Shown: in pieces, positions 43,786-58,151 of the stretch
How the letters are laid out: each line of letters starts with the position of its first letter
Position numbering within the stretch: position 1 is the stretch's first letter
NCBI GenBank assembly: GCA_950097015.1
Contig: CATNEN010000003.1
Location: 1,364,001 to 1,428,000 of the forward strand
DNA from: Macrostomum hystrix
Lineage: Eukaryota > Animalia > Platyhelminthes
Length of the DNA stretch: 64,000 bases
Reading direction: 5' to 3'
The notes under the pieces: model-generated
Seen by the model: the letters and a program-made list of their open reading frames with translations, nothing else
What the model was told of the DNA's origin: nothing
Database searches by the model: none
Position numbers and translations under genes: made by a program

Positions 43786-45242
43786 GGTTCCGGCCTACAA
43801 TCACTACTGCTCATCGAGTATTTTGCAAGTCACAGTGCATCTCGATGAGCAGCAGCACAACAGCGGCACATTTATTCCTCGACTGCAAGACCACGAAGAC
43901 AGCCTGCCGTTCAGCACCACGTCCTGCAGTTGGTCGGTGATGATTTCAACAGAGCGAGGCGGGGAGCAACGCGCTCTACTGCAGGGGCTGCCTTTAGAGA
44001 AGGAAGGCGCTCTTCAGAATGCCACTGTAGCCACGGTGAAGGTGACTGACAAACTCGGACACGAGGATGTCGTTGAGACCGGCTCCTTTCATATATTGAC
44101 AGATATTCGAAAGCGGTAAGCTGAACTCCTTCTGATCTTATGTTTAGACATACTTTTTAAGAAACATTTCCTGTTGATTTTTCTGTTTCATTCTAGACAG
44201 CCGTTTAAAATATCAGTGGCTTGGCAAGCCGATACTCCAGTCGTTAGCAGAAGAGCTCCAAAGGTGCGCATTTTGATTCCAACACCTGGACAGAGCGGTA
44301 GAGAAACTCTGAGCTATCGCAAGCGTTGCTTCGTCTCCAGCGCAGTGAGTCAGAATGTAACGGACGCTATGCACAGCATCAGAGGCGAGGCGCAACTCGC
44401 CAGTTTCAGCAGCATGACTGACATTTCAGAATTTGTCGCCGCCAGTGAGTGCCGACAGTTTGCCATGAACTTTTCTCAGCTACTGTAAAGTAACTTATCA
44501 TTTATTTATGATTCTAGATGATGCTACACTGGAAAAATTCCCGTACCAGCGACCACTAAACTTGAGTCAGCCACACAGAATCGGCTTGTTTCTCAACCAA
44601 TCCGATGTCACATTGCTCTCCATGCAGGCCAGCAACAATGGCGCCTGTGAGCTGTCTCGTGCTGTGAGCTCGGATGGCTTTGAGTAAGTCTTCTTCGATG
44701 TTGCTGTCCTCTGTTTGAGCGGGTTTCAAATCGATTGAGACCTCTAGATGGATTCTGTCGGTGCACGATCCAATTAACTCTCTTTTAGACTGACAGGAGG
44801 TCCGTGCGCTTCTCTCCGAGTGACCAAGACGGGCAGAGCGGTTGTAGAGTTCGGCGACTGCAGCAGGCCGATGCTATCGCTGATGAGTTTCAGGGAGACT
44901 TCAGGGAGTGACTCTATTTCGAAGCTCAAGCAGTGCAGCGAGCTGACGGGGCAAGTGCTGCAACTGACACGAAGCCGCCCGCTCACCAGCACCTCGTTAA
45001 GTTTTTTCAACGCAACAACCAAAACGACTCAGCAGCCCCACGGAGTGCCAACTGCAGGTGCGCAGTACTTGGTCGGAGTCATTGCTGGCTCCTCATGCGC
45101 TGGTTTTGTTATACTTTGTGTACTTGTCGTCACATTAATAATTTTAGTTCGTCGCCAACAGCACGGGGGTAACAATGACCTAGCTTTGGAAGATGTTGCA
45201 GGCACAGAAGAAGCTGGCGTTAGCGCTCCGTTGAACTCTTGA
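43786..45242 (+). CDS. CUB-like/C-type-lectin-like TM receptor paralog (5' exon unresolved)
   Basis: YNHYCSS..CSW; LSYRKRCFV..AQLASFSS; HRIGLF; GPCASLRV..FGDCSRPM; TM VIAGSSCAGFVILCVLVVTLIILV. Confidence 0.78.
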
Positions 45243-45289
45243 ATCAAGTTATTTACTGCGTGGATTAAAAGAATCCGCGGAATTTCTAA

Positions 45290-45430
45290 GAATCCGCAAA
45301 CTCCAGGATTTCTTATTGTCAGGCAGTGAACACTTTTACTGTGCCATGGTGGTTGGCCCCATGAGGAGCATAACAGCCCAAACTGGGAGCCCAAAATGAC
45401 TGTGCCTCTCCGCGGAATCGAGCTCAGGGA
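45290..45430 (-). mobile_element. SINE family A (degenerate)
   Basis: Partial similarity to the family A head and body. Confidence 0.55.
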
Positions 45431-46184
45431 CCACTCACCCTCTCATTAGGGTACGAGTACTGCACAATTATTATGTTGAAAGTATGTATCGCTTTTACAT
45501 ATCCGTCCACCTGCATCAAAGAGGTGCAAATTGCTGCATTAAACGCTTGCGTAAACTTTTGCTTTAAGATCGAAAAAGGCATTGAGTTTCTAGCTGCTCA
45601 CAACTCAAAGGTGCTTTAAAAAAGTTAATTGTTTAGCTCCTGTTTACGGCAGAAAAACGTTTCTGAAAGAAACCAGTCAGTAACAGCTATAAATAAAAAT
45701 ATAAACTATGAGAGAGTTCTTTAAAGTAAGTGCGAGAGAGGCTTGAGTATGAGTACGTTGCAATGTTGAGTACGGTTTTTCTCTGTGTTGTGCCAGAGGT
45801 TTTATCTTGTCAGTGAATGTTGTTACAGATTTCGCACTGCATATAGCCTTTATGTATAATATTATTATTATCATTATCAATGATAATATTCAATGTGCTA
45901 ACTGAAATTTTATTTAATGAGCGAGACGAATGCAATTTAAAAGAGAAACACTATTCATTGTGAATTAAAAGCAAAGACATTGGCGCAAAAAAAATCAATA
46001 AGCCTCTCGACCCCAAGAGGGGGGCAGCCCCGCGACCAGGCAACGTACATGCACCCCCCGCACCAATGCACAAGCCCCCAACCCCCCGGTTTAACCTCCA
46101 ACCAAGCTACGCTCGGTCGGACCAAAAAAAGTTTTGTCGTCAGCTTCGCAACACCACCGCAATTCCTCTCTGTGGCGCGGTAAG

Positions 46185-46760
46185 TGACCGGCTGAATTGC
46201 TATTTGGACGACCTCTTCGAGTTCCAGTCGTCTCTACGTTTCAACAGGGTGCCAGGGTGGTTTACAAGCCCAATGCTGATGCTCCTTCCTCCCAAGCCCA
46301 GTTCCTGATGTCGCGAGGACATAATACTTCCTGGCTGTTGGCTGGGGACCAATTGCGACTGGCGAGCAACAACCAAATTGCCCCGCTACCTGGGACTGGA
46401 GAGGAGGAGGAGGAAGCCGCTTCTGAGGTCCCGGACCAGGGGGAGCAGCCTGCGAATGACCAACAGGAAGCTGGATTTGCACCGCGCAGGAGCGCGCGTG
46501 CTCGGCGCGCACCTGATCGTTTTGAGCCATGATCTATAAATTACTGTCCCATCTCAATTGAATTGGAGTCCTAACTGACAACACACTATATGGTTTTGTT
46601 TATTCGCATTCTATAACTACTATGTATTATCATTCGTTGGTTTCTTCTCCTGCACCATTCTTATCGGAAGGGGGACATGTTATGCTGTGCTAGTTTTCCT
46701 GTCAGTTCTTTACTTTCCTGTACTATTAGGTATATGCATATTTCACTTTCAGTTAGTTTG
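46185..46760 (+). mobile_element. Gypsy-like LTR retrotransposon 3' remnant (integrase tail, PPT, start of LTR)
   Basis: AELLFGRPLR...PRRSARARRAPDRF*; polypurine tract GGAAGGGGGACA followed by TGTT at 46678. Confidence 0.7.
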
Positions 46761-47689
46761 TCAAAGTTTGGCACAGAGGCCGACTCCAGCGACACTTAAA
46801 GAGAAAATGGACTTCGATTTCTACTTCTGAGCGAAACTTTGTGCAAATCCTATCATCGTAAGGAATTCTAGGTCTTACAGTCCGCAATGTTTCACATGCT
46901 TAATTGTGATTTCCCAGACGAATGTTGGATAGGATGCTCCTTCTTTCGGGGCTGATAGATCAGATAGATAGATATGTCCTGAAGATATAGATAGATATAG
47001 GTGCAGATAGATATAGATAGATCTGTCCTGAACGGAAACTCGAGGTGATCCTTCAGGCTTTTGACTAGCTGAGCTCACTTTAGACCAGCCGGACTTACGA
47101 GTGCTTACGAAGGCTGGATTAACTTTCTGAGGCTCGATTTCTGAGGAGCCACTTCGACCACTCTTCGGTCAGACCCAGTATGACAGTGGCAGCTTCCACA
47201 CCTTTGCCAACGGTACCATGGCAAAGTCCAAAGTCGTGAGTCCAACGCCCTAACCACTAGGCTAAAACCTAGCCTAGGTTGTATGTACAGAAATGTAACT
47301 ATACTATACTATTATATTTATTTTTTGTAGTTATAATTATAGATAATTTACTGTATATTAAGTCAACAAAAAAAGACTAACCAGCTACTATACAATCCAG
47401 AAAGAACATAAGCTCCTTTTTCAGGTCTTCCCCAGTTTTATCTGGAAAATAGAACCAGTTTCATAGAAATTGTATAAGTATTGAAGATAATACTGGTACT
47501 TTCGTACCAGACAATTCAGTAGCTCAGTCTATTGTCGTCGGAAAAATTTGAGAGCGAATTATAAATATATGTGCTCGTATCTGCGGGTATATGGTAAGAA
47601 CTCCAAAATACATTTTCTGTGTTTTCTAGAAGTGTACAAAACTGCATACACAATTTATGATCGTTTCAATTGCCAATATTTTTCAGTCT

Positions 47690-49725
47690 AGTCTGAATCT
47701 ACATCTGCTTAAGATCATCATCCTGCTAGCGCGTTCGGTTTCTGAAATGTGAGGTGGTTTCAAAATTCCTGATTCATCAAGCCTTTTAGGTAATTTTCCG
47801 CACCCCTTTCACTACCAAACCCTAAGTCGGTCAGCCAATCACTACTGCGTCAATGGACAGACGCTCAGCATCGAGTTGGATGACTTCTACCACAGAGACG
47901 AGACTATTGTTCCGGAGGTGCCGGACGAGACACCGCAGCAGAAGTTGGAGGCCAAGGCGTGCAAGTGGGCGATAACCCTGACCTCAGCCAGGACTAACCT
48001 GCAGGTTGTACTCGCCGGAGCTGTCAGTTCGCGGCGGATTTTGGATGAGAAAAGAGACGAAGAAAAACCTGGTCTCCTGATGCATCTAGGAAGCTCGGTG
48101 ACAAGGGTGTCCGCAGGCCTGTTCAAAGTGCAGGCACTGGAAAACCTGTGAGTGTTTAACAGAACAAAGACCAAAAGGACCAAAAAGACCAAAGACCAAT
48201 TACCATAACAAAATCCAGAGCACAGGCAACAATTTTTCGCTCCATCCAACTTCCAGAATCACAAAACATCGGCATCTTTCAGATATTTAACGATTTACCT
48301 CGGGGCATAATTTTTTCTGCTCACAAGATTTCATCGTGTAACTTATATACTATTTTGGATTGAATAAGTTTTAATGTTTGTTGTCCGAAAAAATCAAACG
48401 GCTGTCTAGAGGTCACTTCTCAATAGAGGCCAACTGGGATCCGAGGGTGCAGACTATCGACTCCTCAAATCTACGGGTGGTGATTCCACTTCCGGGGTCC
48501 TGCAGCCGTGACATGCTCAGCTTCAGGCACAACTGCTACTATGTGAGCCGTTCGGAGGAAAATGTATCAAGCGCCATGTCCAGCCTCAGAGGAGCTGCTC
48601 AGCTAGCCAGCTTCAGCAGCATGGCTGAGATTGCTGAGTTTGTTGCTACCAGTAAGCACTCGCTTATTAGTATATAGTATGCGATTTTAAGTGCTGCGCA
48701 GGTTTTAGCCTAGTGGTTAGAGCCTCCAAATCACGACTCGAAGGTCGGAGGTTCGATTCTCGACTCCTCGTGTCCTTTAGCATCACATTTAACGCTGCGT
48801 TGCTTCAATTCACACAGCTGTCAAAAAGGTACCAGCATTAGCTGGGGTAATTGAGGGTGGGTGTGGCGTCCCCCCAGTCCATGGACTGAACAGCCGTACG
48901 CAGCCTTCAGATGCGCCGCGCAATAGCTGTGGCTGTGCTGTAGGCTGCAAATCTGGTTGAATTGGCCGGGGAAGATTGGGCAAGGTGTAATATATTAATT
49001 ATAATTAATGAACACTTTAGTATTTGAGCACTTATAACTAATTCAAGAAGTGGCAATTGCTGAAATCATAGACAATGCCAGGTTGAACGAGTACCCGTAC
49101 AGCCGGCCCCTCAGCCTGAGTCAGCAGGTCCGTCTCGGAATTTTTCACCGCCGGGCTGATGATACACTGCTGAACATATTCAGAAACGGCAGCTGCTGGG
49201 TGTTAAGGCCAATTTTAAATTCTGATCACTTTCTGTAAGTTCCATTGCGACTATAATTTAGAAAAGATACTCGCAATTTACATTTTTATCACAGTTGACA
49301 CGCCTTCTGATTATAGTCTGCCTGACGAAGCAAGAGGCCCGTGCGCATCGCTCCGTGTGACAGATGCGGGTGCAGTGGTGTTCTCTTTCGACGACTGCAC
49401 CAGGCCGATGCTGAGGGCGGCACAGTGTAGCAGCGGCGAGCTGACGCCGCAAGTTCTGCAGCTGATGGAAACCCGATTGATTAGTACGACCTTGTCTAAT
49501 GATGAGGCTGATCCACTGACGGCTACGAGTACGCAACGGGTGCTGGCCGAGCCAACAGCAAAAGTCTGGGTCATTGTGGTTGCGTCAGTGGCTGGCTTCA
49601 TCTTTTTAGTTTTGTTAGTAAACCGTCTAGTGTTTCTTTGTCGTCACACGCAGTTGAAAGAGTTTAGTAAGCACAGAGAAGAGTTGATTTGGCCAAATCA
49701 GCAAACTAACACAACACAGAACTAA
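47690..49725 (+). CDS. CUB-like/C-type-lectin-like TM receptor paralog
   Basis: SANHYCVNG..DDFYHRDETIVP..CKW; CSRDMLSFRHNCYY..AQLASFSS; VRLGIF; GPCASLRV..FDDCTRPM; TM VWVIVVASVAGFIFLVLLV. Confidence 0.78.
48701..48975 (+). mobile_element. tRNA-derived SINE, family B (intronic)
   Basis: A-box TAGCCTAGTGG, B-box GGTTCGATTC, conserved body. Confidence 0.82.
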
Positions 49726-50295
49726 TGTGATTTATCCAATCAAGGAAAATTTCTGTAAAATATTACACAACTGGAAAAAGCTTCATTATTATTTTAATAA
49801 AAAGAATCACTGCCTTCGATTTGAAGAAGTGGTGTTTTATTTTAGTTTCATGCTGCAAATTTGATACCAGGAAGGAGGCAGAAAGATGAAAAAGTTTAGT
49901 AATTCACTTAAAACCAGTTAGCTTGTGTGTTTCCCCCTCTTTGTTCTATTTGTCATAGACTGTAATAAGTCAGAGATATTCATGCAAAGCGATTTAAGGG
50001 AAGAAATGCAACGAGCCATTACTGTACTTTTCAGGAACCAAAACCTCTTCCCTGTGAGAGATACAATTCAGACTACTGACAACAGTAGAAAAGCAAAGAC
50101 TTGGCTGCAAAACTCTCACATAACACTAAAAAATATCGCCATAAAAATGGCAAGGTTAAAAGAGACTTCTGTGCACACTGAGAGTGGTGGGAGAGGACGG
50201 CGTATGGCTATGGCTGACTGACGAAGGCAAACAAGCCAGAAACCGGTCTCGGTCTGCCAGCGCGAGGTTCGTTCCCCACTTTTAGTGTGTTACGA

Positions 50296-50489
50296 TGTCT
50301 GTGTCTGTGTCTGTGTTAGACTGTGTCTGTGTTAGACTGTGTCTGTGTTAGACTGTGTCTGTGTTAGACTGTGTCTGTGTTAGACTGTGTCTGTGTTAGA
50401 CTGTCTGTGATAGACTGTGTCTGTGTTAGACTGTGTCTGTGTTAGACTGTCTGTGCTAGACTGTCTGTGATAGACTGTGTTAGACTGTG
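50296..50489. repeat. 18-bp minisatellite (CTGTGTCTGTGTTAGA-type)
   Basis: Directly visible tandem units. Confidence 0.9.
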
Positions 50490-50860
50490 CTCGTACATTC
50501 CCCACCACCAGACAGAAAGAAAAGGAAAAATCAGACTGCTGTACATTTTCCATCCCGCTGTTTTCCGTACATGTATGGGTCTGAGAATGTTTCAGTTGTA
50601 CGGGTCTTTTAAGTACTTGTTAGTGTACTTCCTCTCACTACATGCCGCAGAGTGGTAGAGAAAATCTTGGATTGAGTGTGGTGGTCGAAAATGCGGAACC
50701 AAATTTCTTTCCCTGCATCCACACAATTGCGTCAACAGTTATTTTTGGATTATACGAGCTAGAACGAGGTACCACCGATTATTGGCACAGTATTTATTTG
50801 GATCAGAAACCATGCTACAAGAAGTGAATAGATCGTGCATTTTATCATGGAGCATTGACA

Positions 50861-52420
50861 ATGTTCTTTAAAGAATTTCTACCTCTAGCATTGACACTTA
50901 ATATTGTTGCTATTATCTTCCTTTCGTAAGTATACTGCCCAATTACTAATTATGTATTAATACGAATTACGTTCAGCAGTATTGGCTCAATAAATTCCAG
51001 ATCTTGCAACGGTGCTCCTTTGAGCATCTCGAGTCGCAGTCAATTTGAAAAAGTATACGTCAATGATCGAGAAACATTTATCAGGCGAACTGATAAGCTA
51101 AACACGACGAAATGCATTGAGATAATACTGCCTCCAAACCGAAAGAAGGACCAGGTTCAGGTTGTTCTTCAAGGTTTCTTTGCTGATGGAGGTGGTGAAT
51201 TCACGGACTCCTGCCTTGCTCTAACCGACTCAAGCACTGCCGTTACGCGTGGTATGTTTCAAGCTTACCCTCTGCATCAAAGGTGAGCTGTTTTAACCGT
51301 ACTCAGTTTTTTCAACACAGTGTTTTTTCAACACAAAAACTCAATCTGAAACTTACCATGCAAACTTCAGGTCAATAATTAAAATGTGCGAAATTCCGAG
51401 ATGTAGAAGCAGTGTAACTACGGCAGATCTCCAGATTCTAGTGCTGAGTCCCGGAGAATGCAACTCCAACATGCTCAGCTTCCGTGGCAACTGCTACGCA
51501 GTCAGCTCGATTAAAAAGAGTGCCGGTGACGTCATGTCCAACTTAGGAGGCAGTGCTCAGCTCGCCAGCTTTAACGACATGGCCCAAATCAACGATTTTA
51601 TCAAGGCTAGTAAGTGGACACTATGCTTTAGCAGTTACTACTTAGGATGGAAAGCTAATGCGCTACGACATCTATGAATTGTTGCTCTCTTTAGACAACG
51701 AACGTCTTGACAAGCCACCATATAATCGAAATTTCGACTTCAAGAGCCCAATTCGGATTGGCCTTTTTTACAGCCCCGAACAGGCCAAAATGTTCTCAAT
51801 TGGCAGAAGCGAAGATGGTAGCTGCGGTCTAGATCCTGCTCTCAAGTTCTCTGACTTATTATTGTAAGTGTTGGCATTGCATACTATGCGCTCAGCAATT
51901 CGTAATAACTGAAAAAGCATAAACTAATTAATTCTGAACCATTTTTAAGGACGAACTCAACGACGCGATATTGCGCAGCTCTGAAAGTTGTCAATTCAGA
52001 GCAAGCCAAGGTCGAGCTGGACGATTGTAACGAACTAAGGCTGTCTCTGCTGAGTTTCCCGGACACGAGCCCTGAGTTTTCATCCGTTCCGAACTGCATC
52101 ACGCCAAATATGCTGCAGGTAGTTAATAAATTTGCAAAGCAACAGACAAATGTTTCCGAGGTGTTCGAGACGATAAACGGTACCTCTACCGGACGAGAAG
52201 AAACGAATGGAAACGAGTGGGATAGAAAAGGACTAATTTTAAGTATTGTAGTTGGTTTAGTGGTAGCGTTCAGTTCAGCGTTCAATGCAGTTCAGTGGTA
52301 GCAATAGTATGTATTTTGGTTACGTTGTTGGTTCGTCGCCTGCGTTCTTAAGACCAATCTGAGTTAGAGCAGGCCTCGGCACCTAATCAAGATGAAACAT
52401 CGGTCGAGATGCGAAAGTGA
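50861..52420 (+). CDS. CUB-like/C-type-lectin-like paralog with disrupted TM segment (possible pseudogene or secreted form)
   Basis: Signal MFFKEFLPLALTLNIVAIIFL; CNSNMLSFRGNCYAV..AQLASF; PIRIGLF; YCAALKV..LDDC. A local GTTCA duplication shifts the TM (stop 52299-301; remainder VVAIVCILVTLLVRR in another frame). Confidence 0.65.
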
Positions 52421-52654
52421 TTTTTAAATGACTTGACACCTTGTCTCTAGTTTATTTTTTATTATTCGTAACTATAAAAGCTTTCATAGAGGTTTTAGAT
52501 AAAGAATGGAAAGAGTTTAAATTTGCAAGTCATAATGCTGCGATTCCGTGCCCTGAGTCATGAACTCTTTCGTGCTGGTGCAAATTTTCATCTAGATAAT
52601 TGAAATACAGCACTATTTTAATTCATTATATAATCATTTTTGTACCTCAAGTAA

Positions 52655-54160
52655 TGCACTTTCTCAACTTATAGCAGTGTAACGTTTTTGTTTGATCTTT
52701 AAATCAGTAAAAGTAAAGCTAAAAATGCAAAAACTTCATATTATACTAATATGGATAATATATTTTTTAATTCAAATATGGCAAAACGGAGTGTTCACTG
52801 CTCATTTTACACTGCAAAGTACAGTAGTTGAATGTACGGGCTGAAACTGTTTAGCACAACTGCTCCAGTGCTTTTGACTGCACCTCTAAATTTAGCCCTG
52901 ACTGGAACATGGAACCAAATACGCAGGCCACCAAGGAATAATCCAGGGATAATCCAGGGAAAATCCAGGGAAAAAGCTTGGACAAGCCGTTGGCTGTAAA
53001 GTACATCAATTTTGACGAACATACGACTAAGACAGCGAATGTGAGAAATATATGGAATACTCTCGGATATTTTTATGGCATAGGCAACCCTTTTAATTAA
53101 CCTGCAAAATACTTTTTTGTTCATCGCTTGTAGACATTGGTTTAAAAACATGTTGCATGTACCAGGACTTGAATGCTTCGCATTTTATCTTTGGTTGCCC
53201 CCATACTAGACATTGTTAAGAACTACAGAAGTTTGGTCCAAATTAAAAGTAGTTTACTAATTTAACCGCTAATACAGGAGTGGTAAATCTGACTGACTGA
53301 CTGACTGACTGACTGACTGACTGTACTCGTAGTTATCTTGAGTATCTATCATAAAATTAGTTTCATGCTTAGCTGGACCAACACAAAATAAGGAGATTTA
53401 AACAAAAAAATTCAAATTGACTGAAAAGTGCCATGCAGTGCCCCGACACGATGCTTTTCGTCTAAATGTTCCAGTGGTGCCTGGAATCGAGCCCTCGACC
53501 TTCGAGTCGTGCGACCGACCCACTAAGCAATAGCCTCTTTTAAGAATGCTTAGTAACTTAATGCATTTAGATAGAATGATTAAAACAAAAACAGTAAATT
53601 TACAGAATGCAATTACAGTAATTTGAACACGACAGTGTCTTGGTTACACACGTGATTCATAATTGTCTGACGCATTCAGATATCTTATTTTCTGTTCTAA
53701 TTAAGCAACTTATGCTATCTACATTCATACGAATTATTCTGTAAATGCGTCAGTTACGCGTGGTATGTGCTTTGACTGTGACATGGATTTGCGGTCCTAG
53801 CACGCGAGTGTTTGGCTGCATATACCAAATGTACAGTTAGGTCAGGTATATATTTAGACACTGTACAAGCTTTTCTGACGCGACAGTGAACAAGGAACTC
53901 GAAAGTAAAGAACAGAAACTAAATTTATAATTCGCTCACATGCATTAGACCGAAAATAGATGAGTACTCTATTAAATGAGTAAATATCAATTATATTGTA
54001 TATTTTGTAACTATTGTACAGGGAATCCGATTTTAATTGAAAATTCTGAAAACTCAAGCAAAAAATCACAAACAAGCCAATTTATCTGTCATTAATATTT
54101 GCATGCTCGTCAATAGCACCAACGGACTTAACAGAGTCATGGAAATGCATATTTCACTTG
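52655..54160. repeat. Left arm of an inverted repeat pairing with 57320-58145 (carries an extra ~690-bp insert at ~53075-53759)
   Basis: Reverse-complement match visible, e.g. CTTTCTCAACTTATAGCAGTGTAACG versus CGTTACACTGCTATAAGTTGAGAAAG. Confidence 0.85.
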
Positions 54161-54362
54161 CACCATACGTATACTAACGAGGGTAGTAGGATACGATGAT
54201 TCGGGGGACTAGGTGCACTAAGTTTTACAGGCTAATTTACAGCAGTTGTATTTCTTTCCACAAAAACAGACATAGGATGCAGCTAAATAATGCGTGATCG
54301 TCTGCAGCTAGACAATGTACCACAAAAAGGCTTCAGAAAATTAAGTCGAAGTAATTACTCAG

Positions 54363-56154
54363 TTATACATAGATCGAATTTCTTTTCGTGTCGAACATAA
54401 ACTTACCAGCAGGATCATGTTCACTGTCTTGCTTTCCTACAGCCTGAGAAGTAGCTGCTTGCTCGGCTGTAGACTGATACTGGCCTTTCTCATTAAGCAT
54501 CAGGACAGACTCACCCTTAGTCTGACCAATCTGCTCGCACACGCCGCCGCGGCTCGAACGGACTGCAGAAGCAGCCGCGCCCTCGCAGTCAAATCTTCTT
54601 TTCCGTCGCCGTCTGATCAGCACAGCAGCTACCGCCAATGCCGCGGCGAGTAGGCAAACGACTGCGCCAGCAAGAGCAAAACCGACTGCTGAATGGCTGT
54701 CAGACCTAAAACTCACATCTGAGCCCATGTGAGTCTCAAAGCCGGAGGACAGCGGACTCGTTGAGGGGCCTTCTGGAATTTCGGGCAGTCGCAGTTGCTC
54801 CACCAAACGCGCCAGCTGGTCGCCGTTGCATTGCGCGGACCTTCGCACAGAGCGAGTTGCCGTCTCCGGGAAGCTCAGCAGCGACAGCATCGGCCTGCTG
54901 CAGGCGTCGAACTCGATCACCGCTTCGTCTCGATCGGTCACTCTGAGTGAGGCGCACTGGCCAGTAAGTGTGGCTTGAGCTCTGCAATTCAGACAGCCGC
55001 ATCATGAGTCACCACTTCGTCACCTCAGGAGTGAAATGCTCGAGTCACCACTTCAGCATTGCGTAACCTCCTAAGCGAGGCGAAATTCTCACCTGAAATC
55101 AGACGCATTTCCAACCGGCACCAGCTTGCAGCCGCTCTTGTCACTAACAGCCGAAAGCACTGCGGCTGCACTCAGGAAAATTCCGAGACGGACTGGCTGG
55201 TTGAGGTGCAGCGGGCGCGTGTACGGAAAGTCTCTCATTTTGTCAGTGTCTGAAACAGATAAAGATCAGGCTTTAGCAATGGACTTGAAGGCTTGAGTTG
55301 TGTCTGACATTGCTCACTCACTAGCTCTGATGAAGTCTGCGATCTCAACCATGCTGCTGAAACTGGCGAGCTGTGCGCTGCCTCCGACGCTGGACACCAC
55401 CTGACTGGTCGTCTGGAGAGCGGTGGTCACGGCGTAGCAGTTGCCGCGGAAGCTGAGCATGTCTCTGCTGCACACTCCCGGGAGAGGTATCACAATCCTC
55501 AGGCTCTGAGCAATGGGCTTCTGTGCTTTCCTGTCCCAGTTCGCTTGCACTGTAAATTGCATTCTGAAATTGCCAAGCCGACTTAAAAAACTAATTTTAA
55601 GCAAACAAAAACATTAAAAGAACCAGTTTCAGACACAAAACCTTGTCTCACCGATCTCTCATTGGTTGGACCAGAAACATCCCGTGACGGAGCACAGTAT
55701 TTGAGTCGAGCATCATGAGTCCTTCTGACTGTCCGCTGCCCTGCTCTTCTGTTTCTTCGTTTCCATGGTTACGATCACGCATCTCCAGAACCAGCTGCAG
55801 GTCAGGTTGGACCGATCTCAACCTCACATCCCAGCGACAGCTCATGCGCTCCCGATTCTCGCTAGAAGGTTCGTCCACAACGTGAGGAATGATTGTCTCG
55901 TCTCTGTGATAGAAGTCATCCAGCTCTAAGATAAGTGTGAGCTTTTTAACGCAGTAATGATTTGCCGACTTAACTCTGTAATATAGATAAGTGTTAAAAA
56001 ACGTTTTTAGATCATATCCAAGCCAGCAGAAATATACTAACTACAGTTTGTATCAACGTTGCTAAAATTTTTGAGTCTATATAATTTGGTCCACCTACCC
56101 ATTCACCAACGCAAGAGTTAGTAGAACGACAAGAGAAACCGACTGTGCGACCAT
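54363..56154 (-). CDS. CUB-like/C-type-lectin-like TM receptor, inverted near-identical duplicate of 62075-63860
   Basis: Five exons mirror the + strand copy; tail ends NSIYV. Confidence 0.82.
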
Positions 56155-56854
56155 CTGAAATTTTCAAGCGACAAGCGACTTGGTAAAAACTAGCGTAAGC
56201 AGTATTGCGAGCCCAAAGCAAAAAATGAACTAAGGAACAGCCCAGGACACCAATCCACTCACCTTAGCGCGGTTAAAGAAAATAATATCCAGCATGTCGA
56301 CACAATTTGGATGCTGGCTGCTTTTATACAGCTTTCTTTTACGTGTTTGTCATTGTCAGATCTAAAAATATACTCTCGAGTGTCTCGACCACGCACACAT
56401 ATCGTAATGGACGCATAATCCTATTCGTTCAACTAGGCCGAGAACAATGCGAGTGTTCACTTACCAGGTAAGAAATTTTTGTTCCACATTAATGTTTCCG
56501 TCTTGAATAGTTTGTGTATTCCTAACAAACAAGAATGGGAATATAAAGAAACGAATTTTCTGCTCTGACTCGTTTACCTTAATTATAGTCGAAAATGAAA
56601 TTTCATTATCCCGTTGTATTTATCCCAAAAAGATCCCATCGCTCTTCCTACGAAAAAGTATGATGTTTTTCTCTCGCTTCTCGCCTGATCCCTTTGCTCT
56701 ACTCCAGGACACCTACGACGTCCTTCTCCGACCTTGGACTCCTTGTTCCCCTGCGAGTCTTCCCGATAAAATATCTTCTCCCTTCCCAAAACGAATCTCC
56801 GCGTGTCAAGCTCCAATCCCAGCTAACATTAACATCACCATCCCCTCGAGTCAA

Positions 56855-57215
56855 GGGGGGTCGGTGGCAGAGCGGTTATCGCGTTTGCCTCTCGCACCAC
56901 GGTAACTAAGTTCGATTCCACGGCGAGGCCACATTTATTCGGGGCGCAGCCGCGGAGAGAAGGCTTGGGGGCTTGTCGTGCAATTTACGCCCCTGTGGGT
57001 CAACCTCCAAGGCACAGTGAAATGTACACTGCCTGACGATGAGAAAGTCAGGTACACACCCGTGTGAGCATATGCCTGCGTACGGTATCTGTATGTGTGT
57101 GTGCTCAGGAGTCAGCGAAATGGGCAGAATTGCCTCCTCGCTGGCTGCGGTTCTAGTGTCACTAAATTGTGTGCCACTGCCCGCAGCCATCCTGCAATTA
57201 TTATTATCAATAGTA
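56855..57215 (+). mobile_element. SINE family A
   Basis: Full head and body; duplicated in inverted form at 61035-61385. Confidence 0.82.
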
Positions 57216-58151
57216 TTATCCCTTCGAGTCATCACCGCATGCCTTCGGCTCTTAAGACCGTTGGTCAGCATCGCGCCCAGCCGCCTGACGGGAGCTGACG
57301 GAACCGCCTGACTACAAGTGCAAGTGAAATATGCATTTCCATGACTCTGTTAAGTCCGTTGGTGCTATTGACGAGCATGCAGATATCCATGACAGATAAA
57401 TTGGCTTGTTTGTGATTTTTTGCTTGAGTTTTCAGAATTTTCAATTTAAATCGGATTCCCTGTACAATAGTTACAAAATAAACTATAGTTGATATTTACT
57501 CATCTGAGGAAAGAGTACTCATCTATTTTCGGTCTAATGCATGTGAGCGAATTATAAATTTAGTTTCTGTTCTTTACTATCGAGTTCCTTGTTCGCTGTC
57601 GCGTCAGAAAAGCTTGTACAGTGTCTAAATATATACCTGACCTAACATTTGGTATATGCAGCCAAATACTCGCGTGCTTGGACCGCACATCCATGTCACA
57701 GTCAAAGCACATACCACATACCAAAAATATCCGAGAGTATTCCATAGATTCCTCACATTCGCTGTCTTAGTCGTATGTGCGTCAAAATTGATGTACTTTA
57801 CAGCCAACGGCTTGTCCAAGCCTTTTCCCTGGATTTTCCCTGGATTATCCCTGGATTATTCCTTGGTGGCCTGCGTATAGTTCCATGTTACAGTCAAGGC
57901 TAAATATAGAGCTGCAGTCAAAAGCACTGGAGCAGTTGTGCAAAACAGTTTCAGCCCGTACATTCAACTACTGTACTTTGTAGTGCAAAATGAGCAGTGA
58001 ACACTCTGTTTTGCCATATTTTCATTATAATATATATTATCCATATACTAGTATAATATGAAGTTTTTGCATTTTTAGCTTTACTTTTTCTGATTTAAAG
58101 ATCAAACAAAAACGTTACACTGCTATAAGTTGAGAAAGTCCATTATTACAG

